DNA of 64,000 nucleotides from Lingula anatina. Lineage: Eukaryota; Animalia; Brachiopoda. Positions 26,932-40,130 of the stretch are shown here, in pieces. Where the stretch lies: positions 18,266,651-18,330,650 of the forward strand of contig CM120647.1 of NCBI GenBank assembly GCA_051362555.1. Direction: 5' to 3'. Under the pieces are notes generated by a model. The model did no database searches and was not told where the DNA came from. It was given only the letters and a program-made list of their open reading frames with translations. Made by a program: the position numbers and the translations under genes. Position 1 is the first letter of the stretch. Every line of letters begins with the position of its first letter.

Positions 26932-29900
26932 ATGGTATTGTGCAAGTTTTTCGCTCAGGGATATTGCAGATATGGAGACAGCTGCAGGTTCGAACACCAA
27001 AAACCGGGTATGGAAAGTATTAAAGTAGTAATTATAGCAAAAACAGACAGTAATAGCAGCCAGAAAATCAGTGGGATGTAGTACAGCTCGGGGGATTCAT
27101 GTGTTACGCAGTAAAATAAAAGTAGAAAGTGGACTACTAGCTTTAACAGAATATTTAGTCATAAAAAAATATAAATTTTTGACGTTTTCAAATGTGGATC
27201 GTACCAGTATGTTTGGTAGGCAGGGTAGTGTGCTTATTAGGCTAGAGACTTAAAAATTTTACACGCGAATCGATAGCTACATATGTAAATATGAATAAAC
27301 CACTTTAATTTTCTTTTATCTCTTGTTTTATCTATATCGATTTGATCAAAAGTGATTTAAGTTTTAGTGACGCTGTGTCAGTCATTTTTTCAGAAACCAC
27401 CTTTAAGATTTTCACTTTCAACCTTTTATAAATTGTCAAAACAATATGGCAGCACATGGACATAATAAGAGAAGGACGAGTAACGCGGAGCGAGATCAAA
27501 GGATAATCGGCTTAACGTTAGCTCTTCGCGAAACCATGTGCGTTCGGATCACACGACCTCCCGTACAGGTAGCGAGCATATCGCAGTTGTCGATGACTTT
27601 TTGTGTCATTTGGGCAGGTAGTTCGCGATAACGTGAGTCAATCTTTCGGGTGGATGAGACAATAATATTATAGAGATGAAGTATAAGTACAATTTGTTCT
27701 GTCAATTTGGAAACTATGTGAGAATTTGATATGTTTATTCATGGAGGAATTCAAAATGCCCTATGTGGTAAAGGCAATCTTGTTTGTTGTCGTAAAATGA
27801 GCATTCAAAATTGTACAATTGTAGTGTAGTATACTTGTTTTCAACTATGATCCGATTGGAAAATATTTTTTGTGTCAAACTTTTCTCTCTATGTGAGAAA
27901 TTAGCCTGAGACGCGGCAATAATGAAACCTTCAATCGTGTCTTGAATTAAAATGACACAATTCCTCTCCGATTTATTCAACTCGCTGACATCGTTTTAGG
28001 TCTGGTATTTTTTACGTACGAGTTAGATAAAGGTGGCATTTACACTGATGTGTGCTATATGAAGGTGCACTTGTGGGCCTTTTAATATTCTTTTATCAAA
28101 ATTGACATTAAAACTGCTCTGAAGTATACATATATTAACACATTACCGGCTACGATCTGCTCCATTCTGAGAATGATAATTATTATTTTATAAACTTTCA
28201 ATATGGGCTCTCGTTGCAATATGGCACCACAGACGCATTCGTTACGCACAAAAACGCACTTGTGGGCCTTTTAATATTCTTTTATCAAAGTTTACGTTAA
28301 AACTGCTCTGAAGTATACATATATTTACACATTACCGGCTACGATCTGCTCCATTCTGAGAATGATAATTATTATTTTTTATTTTTCAATATGGGCTCTC
28401 GTTGCAATATGGCACCACACACGCATTCGTTACGCACAAAAACGCACTTGTGGGCCTTTTTATGTACAGACACAGATGTGTCTGTACATATTGCCATCAC
28501 CTGCGTCTGTCGTCGCCGATGCCGATGCCGATGCCGATGCCGATGCCGATGCCGATTCCGTCGCCGATGCCGTGCACTTTCCTTGTAAACACGATAAGTG
28601 GAGGACAGTTTTACTTTTTGGCTTTATATTTACAGAGCTGATGAATATTCATAAAACGCAGGTCAAGTTCGAAAATCAGCATGATCGGGCCATTATTGTA
28701 GAACTTATGCTGTTTTTTCACTTTTCAGCATATATGCAACCCTGTAAACACATTTTAAGGAACACCGTTAGGCCTGTTGTCATGAAACTCACAGGAGTAA
28801 TCAATCTTACTAAAACGCAGGTCAAGTTCGAAAATCGGCATGATCGGGCCATTACTTTAGAAGTTATGCTGTTTTTTCACATTTCCTCAGATTCAATTCT
28901 TAGGCATGTTAACAGTCTTATTATTTTACTAATAAGATACATAAAAGTGTTTGTTTGACATTTCCTGAATCTTTACAAAATTGTTAGTTGATTATGTAAA
29001 AATGATGGTAAACTTGTTATCGTGTATTGTGTAATAAAGTGTCAAAAATGGAAATAAACTCATATCATTGCAGTTTGTCAGATGCAATCATTCACTATGT
29101 TCAGAATCTCAGGATGGAGGAAATTGGACATTTAACACTGTTGTATTGATATTTTTCCCATCTCATCAATTTTCTTAGTTGATCGTATAAAAATGGCAGT
29201 AACCTGTTAATTTTGTTTATGTTAAAAAAATTGTTAAAAATGGAAAAAAAACATTTCAGAACAGTGCTGTCTTGTTTACATTTTGGCATTTTCAAGTTGT
29301 GACTTTGAAGTTCCATGGGCCTGAAGACCTTTGCTAGTCACATTTTCTGAATATCCATGATACTAATATTTTATTATTAAAAATTGATGGTCATTAAGCT
29401 GTTTAACATTATGTAATATTGCATCAAAATTTGAAAAAAACTTATTTTGGGCACTGCTCCCATGATGACCATTTAAGGAAAACCATGTCACTTACTGTTC
29501 TCAAACAGTACAGTAAATATGTACAGATGTGTCTGTACATATTGCCATCACCTGCGTCTGTCGTGGCTGGCGTTGCCGTCACTGTCACTGTCACTGTCGC
29601 CGTGCACTTTCATTGTAAACGCGATAAGTGGAAGGCAGTTTTACTTTTTGGCTGTATATTTACAGAGCTGATGAATATCCATAAAACGCAAGTCAAGTCC
29701 GAAAATCAGCATGATCGGGCCATTATTGTAGAACTTATGCTGTTTTTTCACTTTTCAGCATATATGCAACACTGTAAACACATTTCAAGGAAAACCGTTA
29801 GGCCTGTTGTCATGAAACTCATAGGAGTAATCAATCTTACTATAACGCAGGTCAAGTTAGAAAATAGGCATGATCGGGCCACTATTTTAGTTATGCTTTT

Positions 29901-32900
29901 TTTTTTTTCACTTTTCAGCATATATGCAACACTGTAAACACAAAATAAGAAAAACAGATAGGCCAATTGTCAGTAAACTCACAGGAGTGGTCATTCCTGC
30001 TAAAACGCAGGTTGAGTTTAAAAATCAGCTTAATTGGGCCATTATTTTGAAGAAATGCTGTTTTTTCACATTTCCTCAGATTTAATTCTTAGGCATGTTA
30101 ACATGCATGTTTCATTATTTAATTAGTAAGATAAGTAAAAGTGTTTGTTTGGCATTTCCTGCATCTTTACAACATATGTAAAAATGATGGTAAACTTGTT
30201 ATCTTGTATTGTGTAATAAAGTTTCAAAAAATGGAAATAAACTCATATCATTGCAGTTTGTCAGATTCAATCATTGACATTCACTATGTTCAGAATCTCA
30301 GAATGGAAGAAATTGGACATTTAACACTGCTCTATTGATATTTTTCCCATCTCATCAATTTTTTTAGTTGATCATATAAAAACGGCAGTAAACTGTTAAT
30401 TTTGTTTTATGTTAAAAATTGTTAAAAATGGAAAAAAAAAATTCAGAACAGTGCTGTCTTGTTTACATTTTGGCATTTTCAAGTTGTGACTTTGAAGTTC
30501 CATGGGCCTGAAGACCTTTGCTAGTAACATTTTCTGAATATCCATAATACTCATCATTATGCTGTTAAACATTATGTAATATTGCATCAAAATTTGAAAA
30601 AAAAAAAAACTAATTTGGGCACTGCCCCCATGATGACCATTTAAGAAAAACCATGTCACTTACTGTTCTCAAACTTACAGGAAAGAAACATGGGACTAAA
30701 ATACAGCTTCAGTAGGCAATGCAGTCTGTTTGGTAATTCTTACTGCCAGTTAAACAGTTTTTTTGTGAAAATTTAATTTTTCACATATTGGCATTTTCAA
30801 GGTGTAACTTTGAAGTTCCACGGGCTTGAAGACCCATGCTAGTCACATTTTCTGAAAATCCATGTATATTTTATTATTAAAAATTGACGGTCATTATGCT
30901 GTTAACCATTATGTAATATTGCATCAGAATAGAAGAAAACACAATTTTGGGTGCTGCTTGAGCATAATTAAAATTTGATGTTGAATTTGCAGTTTAACAT
31001 AATGTACTTTTGCATCAGAATTGACAGTAGCCTATTTTGTGCATAGTTATTTCCTGTTTTTTGTCTGTACATTTGACAGCTTTGCTGCCTTGTAATATTC
31101 TTTTATCAAAGTTGACATTAACACTGCTCTGAAGTATATATATATATATATATATATATTTACACATTACCGGCTACAGTCTGCTCCACTTTGAGAATGA
31201 AAATTAATAGTTTTTCATCTTTAAATTGGAGTCCCTATACAGCATTGAGACGATTGACAAACGCCCTCATTGGTCTTTTAATTCAAGTATAAATGTGGAC
31301 ATGTACACATGCAAACTTCGTGAATATATTTACTTGGGTAATGGTCATAAAAGTGGACCTTGATCACAACTCACCTCTGTAATTGGCTTGCTACATTGCA
31401 TTATCTTGTTATCAGATACGTTTGGATAGCACCTACCTGGCTTTATTAATCAACATGCTTTTAAACCAGTTATATATCAGTTCGACATATATCAATACAA
31501 TCTTGGAAACGATAACAAGTATAGACAAAGGCCAGAGCCCGTTTTAATTAGGTAACAGGAAAAAGAAACTGAAAACCCGAAACAAATTTCCACTTGTTGA
31601 CGCAAGTCTATGTGCTAGCAATTACAAGATGGAGGCAATGCTGTGTCATAGCAACCACGAGGGACCGCGAGAAATTGCGTTATCCATGCAATAGAACAAA
31701 AGGATTTCAATGAGGCACACCGCGCGCTACCTTGATAATAAGTTGTTCAGGCTCCCGTGGAGCTATCAAAACAGCTTATCTGAGACAATGGGCGAATGTT
31801 TACCCGAATGCACATAGCTTCAAAGGAAGATGCCGCGTTACTCGTCCTTCTCTTATTATGTCCATGGGCAGCACTAGCTAGCTGTTTTTAGTCATGTTTC
31901 ATCACAAGTTCAAATCAAGAATCAGAAGTTGTGAAGCAGCATGCAATATGTAAACATGGGTAGAAATCTGATATTCTGGGGTTAATATTTATGGCAGTTT
32001 GTGTAAACAAACAACTAGCCCCACCCATTATAACCTGTGCTTCTTAACAGTAGTAACAATGATTTACAGGTAACATTAACATGTCCACAGTGTTTGCCTC
32101 TTAGGAAAAATAGTTGCTGGACCAAAAGTCCAGCCATCTTGAAAAGTAGCTGGACTGAATGTCTGCCGGGTGGGAAAACTTTTCAGCCCATTCTGAAAGT
32201 TGTCAGCCCCGGGCAGACGGTCCAGCCTTAATTTCTAACACTGCATGTCCATATATATAAGTACGACCAGGTGTAGTAGTGGATACAGCATAGACAGTCA
32301 TGTGTTATGCAGTTAGTAATTGGGAAAGTGACTTAGCGTTGCAGGATATTTAGCCATAAAATATGACATCTGCCATTTCCAATTGTGGATGGTATACCTT
32401 TAAGTTTTCATAAAATGATTTATTTATCACAACAGGTCAGGGTGGTGGAAGAGGTGGAAGTGGCAAATCTGTCTCTTTTCATGATACCTTTGGCCAGAAT
32501 CAGAATCCATTTAAATGGCTTGGGCAAGGACAGCGGCAGGACGGCCATCAGGGCCAGGGAACCTCTCAGCTACCCACGGCAACAAAGGACCTCAGTCCTA
32601 CAGAAATAATGTAATTATGTAGTCCTGCAGTAAATGTCCAACTTCTCTTGCAACCTTCACTAAGCTGGGTGTCCCAAAAGGCTCATCCCCAGTCAAAGTA
32701 TTGTTGTACATAGTCTGATCCTACTTTGATAGGACTCTTGCTAAAAGCAATCAGTATAACAGGGCACCTCCTGGCGCCGAGTTGAATACAGAAACTGGTG
32801 ATTTTATGAGTACATTGGAAGTTAATTTGAAGCAAGAGGAAGTATGTTAATCTGACTATTCAGTGATCGAGAGTCTTGGCAAAGTTGAACTGATCTACGT

Positions 32901-33657
32901 AAACGATACTTTCACTGGGAATTAGACTTACGTCATGTATGGAAATTTAACTATTCATTAGGTCCTATACAATATGTATTAATTTTCAAAAATATTTATT
33001 TGTCATTTACATTTATATTATTTAGTACCAAAAATTTTAGCGACACTGATTCATATCACAAATAGTGGAAATCACTTTGAAGATGCTCTTTATTAATGTT
33101 TCTGTTAAATATTTTTCAGGGATTTGATATCCAAAGAGATGACCGTTTGGGAGACCAGTAAGATGTGGCCCTTCTCTTGCTATACTTACAGCAAGGAGGA
33201 ACCGTCTATATCAGGTAGGTTACTGTCCAGTAAAGTTGCAGAATTAGCAGAAAATACAAAGAGTTAAACAAATGAATTGTTTATTCAGCAATCCATGTAG
33301 AGTACCTAAAATATTAAATTTATTTTAATTGGTAAATCCATTCATACTAGTTGCTTTAAAAATTGATCTGGGAAATATGTTAATTTGAGGGTATGCATGA
33401 TGGAAGAAGTAAGGAAAAGACGATCAAAACTTTGATTGTGTTTCTTGCTTCATGTTACGAAAGAATCCCCTTCTACAATCCAGTATTTTCCTTTTTCCAA
33501 AAACCCTCATGTAGTTGAGATGTTTCAATGCCCATGGAACACTTGAAATTTTCTAATTTGAATTTTTTCCAGGCTTTTCTGATTTCTCACCAGAAGAGCT
33601 GAGATTAGAGGGATACCAAGCCAGAGCAAATGGAACGTGGTCTGCCTATGTAGGTTT

Positions 33658-33688
<31 letters not shown>

Positions 33689-35736
33689 TTATTTATTTAT
33701 TTATTTATTTATTTTATTGTAAGGGAATTCATTGTAATTTTTTTTTTGTTGTTGTAATTGACTTATTCTATTTCCCTTTTTTTAATAATAAAAATGTAAT
33801 AAAAATCATTTATTTTTTTTTTAAAGCATCATTTGAATTGTTAAAATTTAAATGTTATTTGATGTGTAGCAACAGAGAGAGTCAGAACTTGCACGTGAGT
33901 ACATGGCGAGGCGACAAGAATTCAAGAAACCCAATCTCCATGTGAAACAAAAGCTGGTAAGAAGACATCTTGCACTTATTTCCTTACTTCAAACAAAATT
34001 ATTAAAAGCATTATTTGTGGAACTATTGAAGGCAAAATCTTATTTTCTTAGAGGAAAAAAAATATCCTGGGCAAATCCATTGCTCAACTCATTCCTGCAC
34101 TTGGATTGAATATGAAGCACCATTTCCAAGTAGATAGCTTGGTTCTTAGGGAATTATGTCTTCTGAAATTTTGGAGGAATAATTGTATTTTGGTGAGATG
34201 ACGGACCAAAAATGACATATATAATGAATGCAACAAGTGTGATAATAAGACTAGTGCTATTTACGATTTGTACAGTTGACTTGCGATATACAGTTGATTA
34301 TTTCATTTGATTTTATTCCTGTTTTTATTATTATTATTTATTATTATTGTGTTTCATTCTTTATTTTCTTTCTTTTTGTTGGTTTAAGAAATGTCTATTT
34401 TATTTCCAGCTTCAGGAGATTGAGAATGCCAGACAGAAATCCACAAGGTAAGGAAGAATAATGAAGGCGGTTCAAGATAGCCCAAAGTCTTTCTACATAA
34501 TGTAACCTCAAGTGAGATTTCCCAAGATTAAGGGAGAGTGGGGTCAGAAATAATTGTTGACTAGCAAGTGCAATGGGACAGCAAATAAAAGTTGATAGAA
34601 TTTAACCAAGGATACTTTATTTGGATGCTTTCTCTAATTTGTACTAAATTACAGTCTATTGCACAGCACTGTGACAATTAGAACTTTTTTGTCTCAAACA
34701 ATGTTCATCTGACCATATACCTTTGTTTGGGATAATTTCTTTTTCATTGAACAAATTATTCCTGGCTTATCAGAGTTTGGGAATTATTACCTCCGCCAAG
34801 GAGGTTATGTTTTTCTTTGCAACGAATTAATCATTCTGGTCATGTTTTAATCTGGAACTATATTTTCTCTTCATTAAACAAGATTCTACCTACCATATGT
34901 TTGGTTACTATCTCTAATGTCCTTGTTTCTATCTCTGAAGTGGCAGTGGCAGTACTTTTGGTTCTCCGGGATTCGGAGGCCAGTCTGGGTTGTTTGGGGG
35001 AACACAGAGCAGCTCCACTGGCATGACCCAAAGCATATTTGGTGGAGGTCAGACCCAGGGACCATCTGGAACTGCTACTGCCAGTGCTGGACTCTTCGGG
35101 GTAGGAAGTGGTGGCCAAGGTGCCAGTGGGGGCACCACGGGACTCTTTGGCAAGCCAAATCCTACTGCGTCAGGGGGACCCGTCACATCTCTCTTTGGAA
35201 AACCAACCAGCACCATTTTTGGAGGTTCGTCACCTGGTGTTAACAATAGTAACAATACTGGATTGTTTGGAAAGACTAGCTCTGGTACAGGGCTGTTCAG
35301 CTCTTCAAATCAAGGTCAAGGTCTCTTTGGAGGTCAGATAGGGTCACAAGGTCAAGGTCAGTCTGTGTTTGGGGGCCAGGCGACATTTGGTGGTGGTGCT
35401 GCCATACAGCAGAGTTCTCTATTTGGAAAACCGCAGGCACAAGTGCAAGGGTTTACGCAGGCACAATCTGGTTCACAACCAACTCAGACTGCATCACACC
35501 TAACACAATCAGGAGGTGTTCAGCCCTCTGGGTTTGGCTCACCCTTGTCTCAGCAAGCACAATTAGGAGGACAACTACCACAATCTTATACACAGTCTAC
35601 AAGTGCTGGACCACATAAATCTAGATACACTCCACTTGACCAGTTAACTGATGAGGAAAAAGAACAGTTTACAGCAGCAAAGTTTACCTTGGGGAAAATT
35701 CCCACCAGACCTCCCCCTAAAGAATTGTGCACATAA
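26932..35736 (+). CDS. NUP42: Nucleoporin NUP42 (NUPL2/hCG1), 7 exons, 447 aa
   Basis: Exons 26932-27007 (CCCH finger MVLCKFFAQGYCRYGDSCRFEH), 32436-32610, 33120-33214 (EMTVWETSKMWPFSCY), 33573-33649 (DFSPEELRL), 33870-33956, 34410-34447 and 34941-35736 (FG repeats; C-terminal Gle1-binding LTDEEKEQF..KFTLGKIP..PPP). Phases consistent. Confidence 0.95.
28067..28458 (+). repeat. ~189-bp tandem repeat inside the P-like element (third unit resumes at 31093-~31225)
   Basis: GCACTTGTGGGCCTT at 28067, 28256 and 28444; the unit continues as TAATATTCTTTTATCAAAG at 31093. Confidence 0.85.
28460..31092 (+). mobile_element. HINE / DINE-1-like Helentron derivative, partial tandem dimer
   Basis: 5' ATGTACAGACA plus adjacent inverted TGTCTGTACAT, (GCCGAT)n microsatellite and ~159-bp internal repeats. 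Second head at ~29519. 3' TGTCTGTACAT plus hairpin GACAGC-TTT-GCTGCC. Inserted in a T-run without TSD. Confidence 0.8.
32088..32243. mobile_element. hAT-type MITE, 8-bp TSD CATGTCCA
   Basis: CAGTGTT...AACACTG termini; CATGTCCA at 32080-32087 and 32244-32251; internal long hairpin GCTGGAC..GTCTGCC..GGCAGAC..GTCCAGC. Confidence 0.8.
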
Positions 35737-36407
35737 GATCTCCCCTAGCGTGCACTTTGATAGATGTTGTTATTATTCTTATTAATATTATTATATATAT
35801 AATTATTTTTCTTGGGGGGGGGGGGGGTATATACCCAGTCCTTTTTGTACCAGGCATAAATAATGAACAGTAAAGATTGTATGAAATATACAGTGTTATG
35901 GAAATTCTCTTTTAAACCATTGTTCATCATTTTAAGATAATATTTTGAAAAAATGGCTAGTTTGCACGTTTCGGCCATATCATCCTCACTTTTTATGGTG
36001 TGCATGTCACAGTGAAGGTCAGCATATACAAATGATACATTGGTTTCTTCAATTGTCTCATATGATTGCAATCAAGTCTTACATATCCAAGAATTGGTCA
36101 AGAGGTCATTTTAGTTCAGTCAGTGCCGAAAGTGACCTAAGTGCTAATAATCTGATTGACCAAAATATGATTGTAAGAATTTTGAAAAATTGCCAGTCAA
36201 TATGACTGCATATAAAGGACAAAGATTTTATTCTTTTTCATCTTTGAAGTTGTCGAATGAAATAATGTAATTATTTGTCACCCAAGATTCTTGTCTAGGT
36301 GAAATTGTACTATTTTCTTTTAAGTTTACTTAAAAGGGAATTTATCTATTTACTTTTTGCCCAACGAAAAATAGATACTATGATCATGAAGGATAATTTT
36401 GGCTTCA

Positions 36408-39400
36408 TTATTGTACCACCAGCGTAGGCGCTGGCGGTACACATGGTTTTAGTCCCGACCCGTATGTTCCGCCGGCTCCTGCGGCTCCGCCGCCAAGTCA
36501 CCGTTACCGCTTCTCCTCCTAGACGGTACGGGCCTCCATACCCATCTCTTGGATTTAGGTCACCTATAATCTCAACTCGTTCCACGTAAAATTTGGGCTT
36601 TGTCGGTATTGGGGTCTAGGTGTGGCACTCATTGCAATGCACCCTTGTCCAAAAATGGCAAAATTAAATGCTAATTATCTCCCCTACGGAAGGAATTATG
36701 GGAAAAATTTCTACAGACAGCTTTCCAAAAGTCATATGTGTAGATTTCAAATATGCCCTTGGATTTGACCTTTGACCTTTATTTCAAGGTCAAACGGGCC
36801 AAAATTTTCAAAAAAACAAAATTTTTGCCGAAAAAAAAATTATTTGTGGTCTTATTCAGCCACCACACAGACTTAACTAATAATATTAATGGAAAGTGTT
36901 ACCCTTCGGGTCATCTTTCATCTCCGTGAATTTGGGGTCAATCGGTGCATTTTCACGGGAGTAGCGGCCATAAGATATCGAAACTGAAAACTGTCTCTAA
37001 TTCGGGAACCGTTAATGCTAGACACCCATTCTTTTTTGCATTTTGTAGAGCATGTAAAGCCCAACACTGGAGGTGGTCTCCGTTTTTTTGTATTCCATAC
37101 GGTTTTCGAGTTACGCTGTATCAAAAAGTACATAGTGGTGGTGAAAGCAAAATGTGCAGTACGGTAATGGATAATAAATTTTGAACTCCGGAAAAATAAA
37201 ACATAAGGCTTGGCAAAGCAGACAACTTGTGGTCAAAAATGACATTATTTCATCAAATTTGAACATCTGGAACTTCAGAGCACCTCCCATTTCAAGAATT
37301 TTGACCAAAATGACCTTTTCTTTATTTTAATTAATTTTTTCTGTAGGAAATTTATGGCACATTATGGTAACTCCAAAATTATAACATTTAGTCCCTTATA
37401 TCTCCAAAACTGGCAGAGATAGGTCCATAGTAACTATTGAAGTTGAATAGGAAGTCATATACTGGCAATCTAAATGTGACCTTAAAATTGACCTTTGACC
37501 TACTTTTCACCATGAACTGAACTTTGCAAATTTTGCTTCCCTTTTATCTCCAAAACTGGCAGAGATAGGTCCATAGTTACTATTGAACTTGAATAGGAAG
37601 TCATATATTGGCAATCTAAATGTGACCTTAAAATTGACCTTTGACCTACTTTTCACCATGAACTGAACTTTGCAAATTTTGCTTCCCTTTTATCTCCAAA
37701 ACTGGCAGAGATAGGTCCATAGTTACTATTGAACTGGAATAGGAAGTCATATACTGGCAATCTAAATGTGACCTTAAAATTGACCTTTGACCTTCTTTTC
37801 ACCATGAACTGAACTTTGCAAATTTTGCTTCCCTTTTATCTCCAAAACTGGCAGAGATAGGTCCATAGTTTCTATTGAACTTGAATAGGAAGTCATATAC
37901 TGGCAATCTACATGTGGCCTTAAAATTAACCTTTGACCTACTTTTCACCATGAACAGAACTTTGCAAATTTTGCTTCCCTTTTATCTCCAAAACTGGCAG
38001 AGATAGGTCCATAGTCTCTGTTGAACTTGAATAGGAAGTCATATACTGGCAATCTACATGTGACCTTAAAATTGACCTTTGACCTACTTTTCACCATGAA
38101 CTGAATTTTGCAAATTTTGATTCCCTTTTATCTCCAAAGTTACGCTGTATCAAAAAGTACATATTGGTGGTGAAAGCAAAATGTGCAGTACGGCAATGGA
38201 TAATAAATTATGAACTCCGGAAAAATAAAACATAAGGCTTGGCAAAGCAGACAACTTGTGGTCAAAAATGACATTATTTCATCAAATTTGAACATCTGGA
38301 ACTTCAGAGTACCTCCCATTTCAAGAATTTTGACCAAAATGACCTTTTCTTTATTTTAATTAATTTTCTCTGTAGGAAATTTATGGCACATTATGGTAAC
38401 TCCAAAATTATACCATTTAGTCCCTTTTATCTCCAAAACTGGCAGAGATAGGTCCATAGTCTCTATTGAACTTGAATAGGAAGTCATATACTGGCGATCT
38501 ACATGTGACCTTAAAATTGACCTTTGACCTACTTTTCACCATGAACTGAACTTTGCAAATTTTGCTTCCCTTTTATCTCCAAAACTGGCAGAGATAGGTC
38601 CATAGTCTCTATTGAAATCGAATAGGAAGTCATATACTGGCAATCTAAAAGTGACCTTAAAATTGACCTTTGACCTACTTTTCACCATGAACTGAACTTT
38701 GCAAATTTTGCTTCCCTTTTATCTCCAAAACTGGCAGAGATAGGTCCATAGTTTCTTTTGAACTTGAATAGGAAGTCATATACTGGCAATCTACATGTGA
38801 CCTTAAAATTAACCTTTGACCTACTTTTCACCATGAACTGAACTTTGCAAATTTTGCTTCCCTTTTATCTCCAAAACTGGCAGAGATAGGTCCATAGTCT
38901 CTGTTGAACTTGAATAGGAAGTCATATACTGGCAATCTACATGTGACCTTAAAATTGACCTTTGACCTACTTTTCACCATGAACTGAATTTTGCAAATTT
39001 TGATTCCCTTTTATCTCCAAAGTTACGCTGTATCAAAAAGTACATATTGGTGGTGAAAGCAAAATGTGCAGTACGGCAATGGATAATAAATTATGAACTC
39101 CGGAAAAATAAAACATAAGGCTTGGCAAAGCAGACAACTTGTGGTCAAAAATGACATTATTTCATCAAATTTGAACATCTGGAACTTCAGAGTACCTCCC
39201 ATTTCAAGAATTTTGACCAAAATGACCTTTTCTTTATTTTAATTAATTCTCTCTGTAGGAAATTTATGGCACATTATGGTAACTCCAAAATTATACCATT
39301 TAGTCCCTTTTATCTCCAAAACTGGCAGAGATAGGTCCATAGTCTCTATTGAACTTGAATAGGAAGTCATATACTGGCGATCTACATGTGACCTTAAAAT

Positions 39401-40065
39401 TGACCTTTGACCTACTTTTCACCATGAACTGAACTTTGCAAATACTGCTTCCCTTTTATCTCCAAAACTGGCAGAGATAGGTCCATAGTCTCTATAAATT
39501 GAATAGGAAGTCATATACTGGCAATCTAAAAGTGACCTTAGAATTGACCTTTGACCTACTTTTCACCATGAACTGAACATTTGCAAATTTTCCTTCCCCT
39601 TTATCTCCAAAACTGGCAGAGATAGGTCCATAGTTACTATTGAACGTGAATAGGAAGTCATATACTGGCAATCTAAGTGTGACCTTGAAATTGACCTTTG
39701 ACCTACTTATTATCATGAACTGAACTCTGCTAATTTCTTTCTCTTTGAACTCCAAACCTGGCAGAGATAGGCCCATAGTTACTATTGAAGTTGAATAGGA
39801 AGTCATATACTGGCAATTTACTGTGACCTTGGAATTTACCTTTGACCTACCTTACGATGAACTTAACTTTGATTGTACCATTTTTAGTTATATATATATT
39901 TTTTGCATATTTTGAAAATTCTTGTTGATTGCATTTTTACACCTTGTCAAGCACAAGACTGGTGGCTGTGTTCCTTATTTTGTATATGTGGGGGTCTATA
40001 CGAATGCGCTTGCTCCAGCTGGTGGTACAATATTCGGAGGCGGTATCGCCTCTCTGATCCTCTAG
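36408..40065 (+). mobile_element. HINE/pearl-like Helentron derivative carrying a central satellite array
   Basis: 5' ATTGTACCACCAGC (36410-36423) plus nearby inverted copy. 3' GCTGGTGGTACAAT (40018-40031), hairpin GAGGCG-GTAT-CGCCTC and CTAG|T terminus. Confidence 0.85.
37110..39870 (+). repeat. Higher-order tandem array: 3 x [~299-bp spacer + 4-5 x 146-bp monomer]
   Basis: Monomer starts at 37402, 37548, 37694, 37840, 37986 and 38132 (146-bp steps). Spacer ORF copies at 37111, 38140 and 39023 (periods 1029 = 299 + 5x146 and 883 = 299 + 4x146). Confidence 0.95.
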
Positions 40066-40130
40066 TTTTTATAAGTCTTAAGTTTAAAACATTTTTTAGG
40101 ACTTTTGAGCAAGTAATTGAAAGCTTTTAA

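Larger units (their letters stand above)
27455..31866. mobile_element. P-superfamily-like non-autonomous DNA transposon in NUP42 intron 1 (34-bp TIR, 7-bp TSD)
   Basis: Perfect TIR CATGGACATAATAAGAGAAGGACGAGTAACGCGG at both ends; TSD GGCAGCA at 27448-27454 and 31867-31873; CAT..ATG termini. Confidence 0.85.

Noticed and set aside
28362-29937. 198-aa and 172-aa ORFs with DADADA / VTVTV runs
   Set aside because: They lie in the non-coding HINE heads and microsatellites and show no recognisable domain.
37110-39870. Regularly spaced repeats resembling a CRISPR array; thrice-repeated 65-aa ORF
   Set aside because: Monomers are 146 bp and contiguous with no unique spacers, there are no cas genes, and the context is eukaryotic. 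The ORFs are by-products of the repeat.
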